64,000 bases of DNA from NCBI GenBank assembly GCA_009694135.1, contig SHVS01000012.1:2401-66400 (forward strand), given 5' to 3'. The position numbers and the translations under genes were made by a program. This DNA is from Alphaproteobacteria bacterium. GTDB taxonomy: Bacteria > Pseudomonadota > Alphaproteobacteria > UBA6615. The stretch's first letter is position 1, and every line of letters begins with the position of its first letter. The notes beneath the pieces were generated by a model, which was not told where the DNA came from, did no database searches, and worked only from the letters and a program-made list of their open reading frames with translations. This document shows positions 50,196 through 59,402 of the stretch, piece after piece.

Positions 50196-50659
50196 GCGCG
50201 ATAGCCTCCCCGAGCCACGCCTGCGCTCCCACGCGCCCGCTCCTACGTGAACCCCGCGCGTCGGGGCAAGCATTACTCGCTGCGTACCATAAGACCGCCA
50301 GCGGTAAGCATATGCTGGCGAGAGGCGTTTATTGACACCTGTACGGCCCCTCCCTAACGTGCGCCCGTTCGCGTTGCGCGGGGGTTGCACGACATCCGAG
50401 TCGCTTATTTCCCTGGCGCAGCCTAGCCAAGGACGTAGCAGGCCTGTTCACCGCCGCCGTCGATCGCCACATGCTCCAGGCTCCAGGCCGCGCGCGACGG
50501 TTCGTGCGTGTGGCTGGTCGAGTGTGTGGCGCGCGATCCAGCGCTTGCGCAGGATAGTACCGCCAGTCGGCCGACGGCCGGCCACCAGGGAGGAAGACAG
50601 TGGGATTCGAGCGCTTGAACCAGATCGAACGCCCGGCGCGAATCAGAACCGAGGTCCGC

Positions 50660-51139
50660 ATGGAAGTTCAGGAACTGTTGAGCCCGAACGCGGTCGTCCG
50701 CAGCCTGCGCACGACCAGCAAGAAGCACGCGTTGCAGGAGCTGGCCAAGGTCGCCGCGCGATTCATCACCGTGCCCGAGCGCGCCATTTTCGACGTGTTG
50801 CTGGAGCGCGAGCGCTTGGGAACGACCGGCGTCGGTCACGGCATTGCCATCCCGCATGTGCGGCTGGCCGGCGTCACGCGGGTGATGGCGATCTTCGCCC
50901 GGCTGGAAAAGCCGATCGCGTTCGATTCGGTCGACGACGAGCCGGTTGACCTGATTTTTATGCTGCTAGCGCCGAAGGACGCCGGCGCCGATCATTTGAA
51001 GGCGCTGGCGCTGGTCTCGCGCCTGATGCGCGACGGCGAGCTGTGCGCCAAGCTGCGTGGCACCGACAATGCCGATGCGCTTTATGCGCTGTTGACCCAC
51101 GCCTCGCCCGCCGCGACAGCCGCCAGCCCGGCGGCCTAA
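50660..51139 (+). CDS. ptsN: PTS IIA-like nitrogen regulatory protein
   Basis: MEVQELLSPNAVV...SKKHALQELA...RERLGTTGVGHGIAIPH, including the phospho-His. An alternative GTG 50600 start has a good GGAGGA RBS. Confidence 0.8.
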   Translation: MEVQELLSPNAVVRSLRTTSKKHALQELAKVAARFITVPERAIFDVLLERERLGTTGVGHGIAIPHVRLAGVTRVMAIFARLEKPIAFDSVDDEPVDLIFMLLAPKDAGADHLKALALVSRLMRDGELCAKLRGTDNADALYALLTHASPAATAASPAA

Positions 51140-51204
51140 ACCGCTAAGCAGCGCCTCCTTCCCCCTGCGCGGGGAGTGGAGAAGGCGGCGCGTATCAGCC
51201 CCGC

Positions 51205-51429
51205 TTAATGCAGCCAGACGGGCTCGAGTTCGTTCGCGCGCACCGCTTCGAGCGCTTCCTCGAAGCTATCCAAGACGGCGACTTCCGAGCCATCGGCGGT
51301 GTGTATGGCGAATTGCGCCGAGCCATCGACCTGCTTGGGCCGCACATAAGCCATTCCGGCCATGCCGAGCGCCAGGAATTCGCCCGCGGACAGGGGTAGA
51401 GAGGTCATTTCTTGCATCGGATTTTTCAT
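51205..51429 (-). CDS. DUF1150 family protein
   Basis: GAGGAAG RBS. The 74-aa acidic protein carries MAYVRP and lies directly downstream of hsp20, a pairing I recall as common in Hyphomicrobiales. Confidence 0.6.
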   Translation of the reverse strand: MKNPMQEMTSLPLSAGEFLALGMAGMAYVRPKQVDGSAQFAIHTADGSEVAVLDSFEEALEAVRANELEPVWLH

Positions 51430-51554
51430 GCCTGCTTCCTCTGTCGAGCCTGTGAACCAACTAAGTGGTTTGGGCCTCATCCTTCCGCAAGCTCAGGACG
51501 AAGCCCGCATGCTCAGCATCTCGCAACATGGGGCCGCGCAGCGCAGTCCCATGA

Positions 51555-52040
51555 CTATCCTCCCTTGCGATTGCCAAATCCTTGACCGCCCGAGCCTTGC
51601 CTAATCGAAAGCACATCGGCGCCCGACGTACTACCGTCTGCGATGCGCACTTTACGCACTTTTGCCTCCGCAGGCGGGCGGGAAAGCTCGATATGCAGCA
51701 GCCCGGCCGCTAGCGTCGCGCCTTTGACCTCCAACCCATCGGCCAGCACGAAGCGCCGCTGGAACTGCCGCCCGGCGATGCCGCGATGCAGGAAAATACG
51801 GCCTGGGTCTTCCTCCTGCCGGCCGCGGATGACCAGCTGTCCGTCCTCGACGGTAATTTCCAGCTCAGCGAGGGCGAAGCCGGCGACGGCCAGGGTCAGG
51901 CGCAACTGCGAATCGGCGATTTGTTCGACATTATAGGGCGGAAAACCATCGGCCGAAGCCTTGGCGATCCGCTCCAGCGTCCGCTCGAAATGCTCGAAGC
52001 CGAGCAACAGCGGGCTGCCAAGAAGTGTCGTGCGCGCCAT
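51555..52040 (-). CDS. Hsp20/alpha-crystallin family small heat-shock protein
   Basis: PPYNVEQIADSQLRLTLAVAGF...LVIRGRQ...FLHRGIAGRQFQRRFVLADGLEVKGATLAAGLLHIEL. Confidence 0.87.
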   Translation of the reverse strand: MARTTLLGSPLLLGFEHFERTLERIAKASADGFPPYNVEQIADSQLRLTLAVAGFALAELEITVEDGQLVIRGRQEEDPGRIFLHRGIAGRQFQRRFVLADGLEVKGATLAAGLLHIELSRPPAEAKVRKVRIADGSTSGADVLSIRQGSGGQGFGNRKGG

Positions 52041-52106
52041 GTCGTCCTCGCCCTAGTGGCCGAGTCGGGCGGCGGTCCCCGGCATGGGCAACCGCCACGC
52101 TTCCAT

Positions 52107-52135
52107 AGCTATGGTGTCGGCGAGGTATCTTCAAG
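52107..52135 (-). promoter_or_regulatory. candidate sigma-32 (RpoH)-type promoter of hsp20
   Basis: The minus strand reads CTTGAA-N15-CCATAGCT, about 67 nt upstream of the hsp20 ATG. It resembles CTTGAA...CCCCATNT, but the match is by eye only. Confidence 0.35.
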
Positions 52136-52240
52136 GCGCTTTTACCGCCGCGCGGTCGCCGGCAACCTTGTGGCGCGCATGGCAGCGATGCGATTCTTCG
52201 GCGGCAGCAGGCGGGTGCTGCTATTCCTTGGAAGAGCTCT

Positions 52241-53026
52241 GTGATCATCCATCGGCTGTGGGCCGCCAACGCGCTGCGCAATTTCAACTATCTGATCGCT
52301 TGCCCCGACACGGGCGAAGCGCTGGCGATCGATCCGCTCGAACACGCGGCCTGCTTGCGCGAGGCCAAGGCCAAGGGTTGGCGCATCACCCAGGTGCTCA
52401 ACACGCATGAGCATCACGATCACATCGGCGGCAACGCCGCGGTGATCGCCGCCACCGGCGCGCGGCTCCTGGCGCATCACAAAGCAAACATCGACGGGAT
52501 CGATCTCGGCCTCAAGGCCGGCGATGTCGTGCGCGTCGGCAAGCGGGTCGAACTCGAAGTGCTCGATACGCCCGGCCACACGCTGACCCACGTTTGCCTT
52601 CTGGCGCATGGCGAGGCTCCGGCCCTGTTCACCGGCGACACGCTGTTCAACGCCGGGGTCGGCAATTGCCGCCACGGCGGCGACCCGCATCTTCTGTACG
52701 ACACTTGCGCGCAGCAGATCGCCCGCCTTGGCGACGGCGTGCGCATCTATCCCGGCCATGATTACCTGGAGCGCAATCTCGCCTTCACCCTCGACCGCGA
52801 ACCGGACAATGCGGCGGCGGCCGCGCTGCTGCCGCGCATCGCGGGCCATGGCGGGGACGAGGCGCCGGTGACCTCCCTGGGCGAGGAACGCATGTTCAAC
52901 TCATTCTTTCGCCTCGACCGGCCGGTGCTGATCCGCCGGCTGCGCGAAGCCTTTCCCGACCTGCCCGCAAACCCGGACGAGCGCGCGGTGTTCTTGCACT
53001 TGCGGTCCTTACGCGATCGCTGGTGA
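52241..53026 (+). CDS. gloB: hydroxyacylglutathione hydrolase (glyoxalase II)
   Basis: MBL motif NTHEHHDHIGGN, then TPGHTLTHV, GDTLFNAGVG, PGHDY and NSFFR. Confidence 0.87.
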   Translation: MIIHRLWAANALRNFNYLIACPDTGEALAIDPLEHAACLREAKAKGWRITQVLNTHEHHDHIGGNAAVIAATGARLLAHHKANIDGIDLGLKAGDVVRVGKRVELEVLDTPGHTLTHVCLLAHGEAPALFTGDTLFNAGVGNCRHGGDPHLLYDTCAQQIARLGDGVRIYPGHDYLERNLAFTLDREPDNAAAAALLPRIAGHGGDEAPVTSLGEERMFNSFFRLDRPVLIRRLREAFPDLPANPDERAVFLHLRSLRDRW

Positions 53027-53078
53027 CGCGGGACGCGCGACACGCTATCTTCAGGCGGCCCGGGGGGAGTTCTGACGC

Positions 53079-53699
53079 ATGCGTATAGCCGAACGCGCCG
53101 ACGCCGCACTCGGTCGCCTGGATCGCTCGGCGCTCAAGTTCTTCCTGCTGTGGCTGCGTAAGCCGGTCGGGCTGGGCGCCGCCTTGCCCAGCGGCGGGCC
53201 GCTCGCCCGCGCCATGGCGCGCGAGATCGATACCGCCACCCCGGGCGCCGTGGTCGAGCTTGGCGGCGGAACGGGCGTCATCACCCAGGCGCTGCTCGAC
53301 GCCGGCATCGCGCCCGAGGATCTGATCGTGATCGAGCGCGAGCCGGAGCTGTTCACGATTCTGCGCAAACGCTTTCCGCAGCTCGCGGTGATCAAGGCGG
53401 ATGCGCGCGACTTGGCCGGCGTATTGCGGGCGCATGGCATCACGCGGGTGAAGGCGGTCGCCTCCGGCCTGCCGCTGTTGAATATTCCCGATCCGATTTG
53501 CCAGCAGATCGTCGCCCAAGCCTTCGCGGCGATGGGCAGCGACGGGATCTACCTGCAATACACCTACGGCCCCACTTCGCCGCTGCCGCTCCGGCTGCAA
53601 AAGCCGCTCGGGCTTGAAGGCAAGCGCGTGAGCTGGGTGCCGATGAACCTGCCGCCGGCCTCGGTCTGGCGCTACCGCAAGCGGGCGCTCGACACCTAG
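53079..53699 (+). CDS. class I SAM-dependent methyltransferase
   Basis: Motif I VVELGGGTGVITQALL; size and layout resemble small lipid/rRNA-type methyltransferases. Confidence 0.65.
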   Translation: MRIAERADAALGRLDRSALKFFLLWLRKPVGLGAALPSGGPLARAMAREIDTATPGAVVELGGGTGVITQALLDAGIAPEDLIVIEREPELFTILRKRFPQLAVIKADARDLAGVLRAHGITRVKAVASGLPLLNIPDPICQQIVAQAFAAMGSDGIYLQYTYGPTSPLPLRLQKPLGLEGKRVSWVPMNLPPASVWRYRKRALDT

Positions 53700-53918
53700 A
53701 GCTTTAGCCACCCCGCTTTCCTCCGTCCGGTCACTGTTCTCCGCTGACAGCCGCGCTTGCGAGCCGCTTAGGCGCGTCCGCATGTTGCTCCGACTCAATG
53801 CCGGACGGTACGCGCAACGCCACCTTTCCAAAAATTAAGGTGTCCGCCATGCGCTCGTGCGGCGGTGGACGCCAAAGTCGTCGCATCAAGTTCCGCAACC
53901 GAACCAGCGAGGCGAACC

Positions 53919-55259
53919 ATGTCAGCATTCATCCAGCGTCGGGCGGCGCTGTTAGCGGCCGCCGGCGGATTGATCCTGTGGCAGGGCCCGGTCTTGTCTC
54001 CAAGCCAAGCGCTCGCCGCCGACCCGCCGGCAAGCTTTTCCTCCATCGCCAAGGCCGTTAGCCCGGCCGTGGTCAATATCCAGGGCGAGCGGCAAGCGCG
54101 CGCCGGCGGCCAGGCGGTCGCACCGTTCGATTTCCCGCGCGGCACGCCGTTCGAGGAGCTGTTTCGCCGCTTCCGCGAGCAGCAGCCGGGCGCCCGCCAG
54201 GTTTCCCAAGGCACGGGCTTCATCATCGATCCGGCCGGCTACATCGTCACCAACAACCATGTCGTCGCCGAGGCGAGCAAGATTTCCGTCACGCTCGAAA
54301 ACGGCAAAAAATACACCGCGCGGGTCATCGGCATCGACGACCAGACCGATATCGCGCTGATCAAGGTCGATGCCGGCCAGCCTCTGCCCATTGTCGAGTT
54401 CGGCGACTCCGATAAATCCGAAGTCGGCGATTGGGTGCTGGCGGTCGGCAACCCGTTCGGCTTCGGCGGCACGGTCAACGCCGGGATCAACTCGGCGCGC
54501 GGCCGCAATCTGAATGCCGGCCCCTATGACGATTTCTTGCAGATCGATGCGCCGATCAACATGGGCAATTCGGGCGGGCCGTTGTTCGCGCTCGACGGCA
54601 AAGTGATCGGCATCAACTCCGCCATCGTCACACCCAACCAGGGCAGCGTCGGCATCGGCTTCGCCATCCCCTCCAACGAGGCGAAGCCGGTGATCGCCCA
54701 GCTCAAGGACAAGGGCGCGGTCGCGCGCGGCTGGCTGGGCGTGCAGATCCAGCCGGCGAGCGACGAGCTGGCCGAGGCTTTGGCTCTCGACCGGGTGCGC
54801 GGCGCGCTGGTGAGCCAAGTGGTTCCCGACGGCCCGGCGGCGGTGGCCGGCCTCAAGGACGGCGATGTCATCACCGGGTTCGACGGCCACGCGATTAACG
54901 CCCCGCGCGATCTGCTGCGCGTCGTGGCCGCGACCACAGCCGGGCGCTCGGTCCCGGTCGAATTGTGGCGCGACCGCGCCCGCGTGACGCAAACGGTCAC
55001 GCTCGCGGCGCGCCCCAAGGACAAGGAAGAGCTCGCCGCCCTGCCCGGCCCGGATGTCGGCGACGGCGTGCTGGCGCGCACCCTCGGCGCCTCGCTCAGC
55101 CCGATCACACGCGAGCTGCGCGAGCGCTATGCCATTCCCGGCACGATCACCGGCGTGGTGGTGACCGATCTGGCGCGCAATGGCGCCGCCGAAAACGGCG
55201 GGCTGCGCCCCGGCGACGTCATCCAAAAGGTCGGCCCGCGTCAGGTGGCCACGAGCGGG
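53919..55259 (+). pseudogene. DegP/HtrA-family periplasmic serine protease, 3'-truncated (fused in frame to next feature)
   Basis: Signal peptide, GTGFIIDPAGYIVTNNHVV, DIALIKV, NMGNSGGPLF, PDZ1, and the start of PDZ2 (GLRPGDVIQKVGPRQVATSG). DegP-like sequence then stops. Confidence 0.7.
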
Positions 55260-55808
55260 ACTTTCGACGCGCTGATCGTCGATCGCATGCAGCCCGGACT
55301 CGACGGGCTGGCGGTGGTCGAAGCGCTGCGCGCAGCCAAGCTCGCGACGCCGGTTTTGATCCTCTCCGCGCTCGGCCAAGTCGACGACCGCGTCAAGGGT
55401 CTCAAGGCCGGCGGCGACGATTACCTGGTGAAGCCCTTCGCCTTTTCCGAGCTTCTGGCGCGGCTGGAATCCATCGTCCGCCGCCACGCGGCGCCCACGG
55501 CGCTCACCAAGCTCAAGCTCGGCGATCTGGAAATGGATCTGCTGACGCGCCGCGTGACGCGCGCCGGCAATCCGATCGATCTCCAGCCGCGCGAGTTCAA
55601 GCTGCTCGAATTTCTGTTGCGCCACGCCGGCCAGGTCGTCATGCGCACGATGCTGCTGGAAGGCGTGTGGGACTATCACTTCGACCCACAGACCAACGTG
55701 ATCGACGTGCATGTGAGCCGGTTGCGGCAGAAGATCGACAAGGGCCACGCCACGCCGCTGCTGCACACCGTGCGCGGCGCCGGTTATGCGCTTCGTGCTG
55801 ACACCTAA
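55260..55808 (+). pseudogene. OmpR-family response regulator lacking the first ~45 residues of the receiver domain
   Basis: Begins at FDALIVDRMQPGLDGL (the phospho-acceptor Asp region), then DDYLVKPFAFSELLARL and the wHTH LQPREFKLLEFLLRHAGQVV...VHVSRLRQKI...VRGAGYAL. It has no start codon, RBS or beta1-alpha1 acidic pocket of its own. Confidence 0.7.
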
Positions 55809-56866
55809 CATCATCCGCACGTCGACGTTTCGTTTTGCACAGCTATACGCGGCGGTGTTCAGCGCGTCGGTCGCGGCGCTTTTGGCGTTCATCTATTGGT
55901 CGACGGTCGCCGTCATCGACCGGCAGATCGACGCCACCATCGAGGCCGAGCTGCGCGGCCTCGCCGAGCAATATCAAGACGAGGGGCTGCCCGGCCTTAT
56001 CGCCGTGATCCGCGCGCGCGCCGATGAGCCAGGCAACACCGACCGCATCTATCTGCTGGCCGATCCGGCGCTGCGTCCGCTCGGCGGCAATCTGTCGATC
56101 TGGCCGGCGGCTGCCGGTCTCCTCCGGCGGCGATGAGTTCGACCGGCTGTCGGCCGAGCTCAACGCCATGCTCGACCAGATCGAGCGGCTGATGACCGGC
56201 ATGCGCGCGGTGACCGATTCGCTCGCGTATGATCTGCGCAGCCCGCTCACGCGGCTGCAGGGACGCATCGAGCAGGCGCTGCGCGCGTCGCAACCGGCGG
56301 AGGAACGCCGGCGGTTGCTCGAACTTGCGCTCGCCGATCTCGACGGCGTGTTGCGCACCTTCAAGACGCTGATCGAAATCGCGCGCGCCGAAGCCGGCGC
56401 TTGGCGCGAGGCGATGGAAGACGTCGATCTGAGCGCGCTCGCCGAGGCGGTCACCGACCTTTATCGGCCGGTCGCCGAGGAAAAGGGGATCGCGCTCGCC
56501 GCCACGATCGCGCCCGGCCTGAGCGCCTATGGCCAGGGCCAGCTTCTTGCCCAGGCGCTGTCCAATTTGATCGACAACGCGGTCAAATTCACGCCGCCGG
56601 ACGGACGGGTCACGCTCACGGCCCACGGCGGGGCGAGCGGCGCGGAGTTCATCGTCACCGATACCGGCCCTGGCATTCCGGCGGCCGAGCGCGCGCATGT
56701 GCTGGAGCGCTTCGTCAGGCTGGACTCGAGCGCGGAAACTTCCGGCAGCGGGCTTGGCCTGTCGCTGGTTGCGGCCGTCGCCAAGCTGCACCATGGCCGG
56801 CTGCAGCTGGACGATAACGCGCCCGGCCTGCGCGCGACCCTGTCATTGCCAGCGAAGGGGCAGTGA
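55786..56866 (+). pseudogene. sensor histidine kinase with internal frameshifting deletion and His-to-Tyr at the H-box
   Basis: Frame 1 (55786-56136) gives TM1 and the start of the periplasmic domain, then stops. Frame 2 resumes mid-HAMP (RLPVSSGGDEFDRLSAELNAML). The H-box reads SLAYDLRSPLTRL. The N, G1 and G2 boxes are intact (NLIDNAVKFTP, DTGPGIP, GSGLGLSLV). Confidence 0.7.
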
Positions 56867-56998
56867 TTGCGCGCGTTTCCGGAGCATTCGAGGCAAGCTT
56901 TACCGGACTCCGATTCATCCATTAAGGTCCGGTTCAGGGGGAGCGGAACAAAATCCGCGCTCTAGCCTTGCATGGCTTCATTTGCCGGAGTGGCTCGC

Positions 56999-57712
56999 AT
57001 GAACAAGTCCGCGCTCGCAACGCTTCTCCTGCTTGCGGTGGCCACGCCGGCCTTCGGCGATGATTCGAGAAGCGACGACCGTCACGGGCGCGGCGATCGC
57101 GATCGAGGCCGCGCGGCCAAGAGCTTTCAGGTCCCGCCCGGCCACCTGCCGCCGCCCGGCATGTGTCGCATTTGGTATCCAGACCGCCCGCCCGGCCTGC
57201 AGCCGCCGCCGGGCCCCTGCAATGTGCTCTCCGTGCGCGTTCCGCGCGGGGCCGAGCTGATCCGCGGCGGCACCTATGCCCCACCGCGTCCGGACTACGA
57301 GACGGCCATCAATGGCGGAACCTGCAACCGCGCGCTGATCGGCGGTGCCCTTGGCGGCCTCGCCGGCGCCGTGCTTGGCAACCAGATCGGCAAGGGCGAC
57401 GGGCGCACGGCCGCGACCATCGGCGGCGCGGTGCTCGGCATGCTCATCGGCGGCACCATCGGCAATGCGATGGACCAGGCCGACCAAGGCTGCGGCGGGC
57501 AAACGCTCGACAACGCGCGCGACAACGAGCAGATCGTCTGGAACAACCCGTCGAACGGCGCGCGTTATCAGGTCATGCCGGTCAAGACGGTGGCCGAGGG
57601 CGAAGGCTACTGCCGCGAATACATCACCCGCGTCACGATCGGCGGCAAGCAGGAACAGGCCTATGGCCGCGCCTGCCGCCAGCCCGACGGCTCCTGGAAG
57701 ACGGTCAACTAG
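56999..57712 (+). CDS. surface antigen / glycine-zipper (17-kDa antigen-like) outer membrane protein
   Basis: Signal peptide MNKSALATLLLLAVATPAFG, a glycine zipper IGGALGGLAGAVLGNQIG...IGGAVLGMLIGGTIG, and a C-terminal YCREY...ACRQPDGSW block. Confidence 0.7.
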   Translation: MNKSALATLLLLAVATPAFGDDSRSDDRHGRGDRDRGRAAKSFQVPPGHLPPPGMCRIWYPDRPPGLQPPPGPCNVLSVRVPRGAELIRGGTYAPPRPDYETAINGGTCNRALIGGALGGLAGAVLGNQIGKGDGRTAATIGGAVLGMLIGGTIGNAMDQADQGCGGQTLDNARDNEQIVWNNPSNGARYQVMPVKTVAEGEGYCREYITRVTIGGKQEQAYGRACRQPDGSWKTVN

Positions 57713-57721
57713 CCGCTCTCG

Positions 57722-58081
57722 CTAGCCCGCGGAAACGGCGCGCGCGGCAAACGCCCGCGTGCTCGGCGCGGCGGCGGGCTGATCCGGCGCGTGCCACTCG
57801 GCCCGCTTCGCCAATTCGCGCTCAAGCGCCGCGCTGCGTTTTTCCGCCCGCGTCGCGCGATGCCGCCAGCGCGCCCGGCCGATCACCATGGCGCCGGCTC
57901 CGGCCAGCACGCCGAGCAAGATACCCCCGAGCAGCGGCAGGAACAGCGGCAGTGTCGCCGACCAGGGCAGCGGCCAGAGATCGATCGTGACCGTGGCGCG
58001 GTTGCTGACGGCAAAGACGATGATCGCCAGGGCGAAGGGCAGCGTCACCAGAATGGACAGCCGCCGCATCGCGCCGCTCAC
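57722..58081 (-). CDS. LapA/DUF1049-family inner membrane protein
   Basis: Two TM helices, IVFAVSNRATVTIDLWP, and a basic coiled C-terminus. Lies next to ihfB. Confidence 0.7.
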   Translation of the reverse strand: MSGAMRRLSILVTLPFALAIIVFAVSNRATVTIDLWPLPWSATLPLFLPLLGGILLGVLAGAGAMVIGRARWRHRATRAEKRSAALERELAKRAEWHAPDQPAAAPSTRAFAARAVSAG

Positions 58082-58098
58082 ACGGACGCCGGCCCGGA

Positions 58099-58383
58099 TC
58101 AGAGGCCGGAGTTGAGCCGCTCGCGCAGCTCCTTGCCGGTCTTGAAATAGGGAACGTGGCGTTCGGCGACGCTGACCGTCACGCCGGTGCGCGGGTTGCG
58201 GCCCTGGCGCGCGCCGCGCTGCTTGACGGAAAACGCGCCGAAGCCGCGCAGTTCGACCCGGCTGCCGTTGCAGAGGGCGGCGGTGATTTGTTCGAATATC
58301 GTGGCGACGATGCGCTCGATGTCGCGCTGATAAAGATGCGGGTTAAGTTCCGCCAGACGCGCGATCAGTTCGGACTTGGTCAT
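58099..58383 (-). CDS. ihfB: integration host factor subunit beta
   Basis: [11 protein letters not shown]...[49 protein letters not shown]. Confidence 0.92.
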   Translation of the reverse strand: MTKSELIARLAELNPHLYQRDIERIVATIFEQITAALCNGSRVELRGFGAFSVKQRGARQGRNPRTGVTVSVAERHVPYFKTGKELRERLNSGL

Positions 58384-58460
58384 GCCGCGCACATCCCTGG
58401 AAGACCCCTCGCGGCGAATACATCCCCTCGCCGGTTGGACCGCGCCACTCGTCCGCGTGC

Positions 58461-59387
58461 CTAATGCGGCAGGGCGAACGTCAGGTCAGGGTGCCAGACC
58501 GACACCAACCCGTCAAGGGTAAGTCCCTCGGACAGAAATGTTTTTCCGAATACCTGGCCCACCAGGCGGGAGAAGGGATCCACCTCGCGGCGGACTTCCA
58601 GCGGCTTGAGCGGCAGTCCGCGCGCCACGCCGCGCGCGCTCTCGAGCCACGCCTGCGCCGCGCGCTCGTCACCGATTTCGTCGATCAGCTTGGTGTCGAT
58701 CGCCTGCCGGCCGGTGAAAATGCGCCCATCGGCCAGCTGCGTCGCCGTAGCCGCATCGAACTTGCGCCGTTCCGCGACCATGCCGACAAACATGGCGTAG
58801 CTGTCCATGACCATGGCGCGGGTGGCAGCGCGCCCCTCCTCGGTCAGCGGCTCGAGCGGCGAGGGCTGCGCCTTGAGCGGGCTCGACTTGATCGATTCCG
58901 CGACGATGCCGAGCTTGGCCATGAGGCCGGTGAATTCGGTGGTTTGCAGAATTACGCCGATCGAGCCGGTGATCGAGCCTTCGCGGGCGAAAATCCGCTC
59001 CGCGGCGATCGCCGTCATATAGGCGGCGGAGGTCGCCATGGTGCCGAGCGAGGCCACCACCGGCTTTTTCTCGCCCACCTTGAGCAGCGTGCGATAGAGA
59101 TCCTCGCCGCCGACCACGGTTCCGCCGGGAGAATTGATCGCCACGAGAATGGCGGCGACTTTCGGATCCTCGGCGGCCGCGAGCAGGGCGCGATCGCGCT
59201 CGCGATCCTCGACGATCAGCCCTTCGACCGACAGCCGAACGATATGGCTGCGCTCGAAGGCGGCCGGCAACCGACCGAAGAGCGCGAGCACCGCCAACAA
59301 GCCGACGCCGATCGCAACCAGGCGCCAAACGCCTACTTCGCGCTTCAGGCGCCGCCGGTCGAAGAGGATGTCGGGCCCGAGCGCCAT
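58461..59387 (-). CDS. sppA: signal peptide peptidase SppA, 36K type
   Basis: N-terminal [27 protein letters not shown] and GSIGV. Confidence 0.85.
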   Translation of the reverse strand: MALGPDILFDRRRLKREVGVWRLVAIGVGLLAVLALFGRLPAAFERSHIVRLSVEGLIVEDRERDRALLAAAEDPKVAAILVAINSPGGTVVGGEDLYRTLLKVGEKKPVVASLGTMATSAAYMTAIAAERIFAREGSITGSIGVILQTTEFTGLMAKLGIVAESIKSSPLKAQPSPLEPLTEEGRAATRAMVMDSYAMFVGMVAERRKFDAATATQLADGRIFTGRQAIDTKLIDEIGDERAAQAWLESARGVARGLPLKPLEVRREVDPFSRLVGQVFGKTFLSEGLTLDGLVSVWHPDLTFALPH

Positions 59388-59402
59388 GGTCCGCGCGGCG
59401 GT

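Noticed and set aside
50332-50360. TTGACA-N17-TAACGT sigma-70-like promoter and a nearby 7-bp hairpin (50296-50320) in the 464-bp uppP/ptsN intergenic region. A TGGCGC-N5-AGCC sigma-54-like string at ~50412 was also considered.
   Set aside because: The -10 is weak, and the site lies ~300 nt from ptsN with nothing recognisable between. The GG/GC spacing of the sigma-54-like string is off by one. A sequence match alone is insufficient.
51140-51204. Imperfect GC-rich inverted repeat between the convergent ptsN and DUF1150 genes, considered as a terminator.
   Set aside because: The stem has a 6-nt bulge and a mismatch and no flanking U-run. It is plausible but not supportable by eye.
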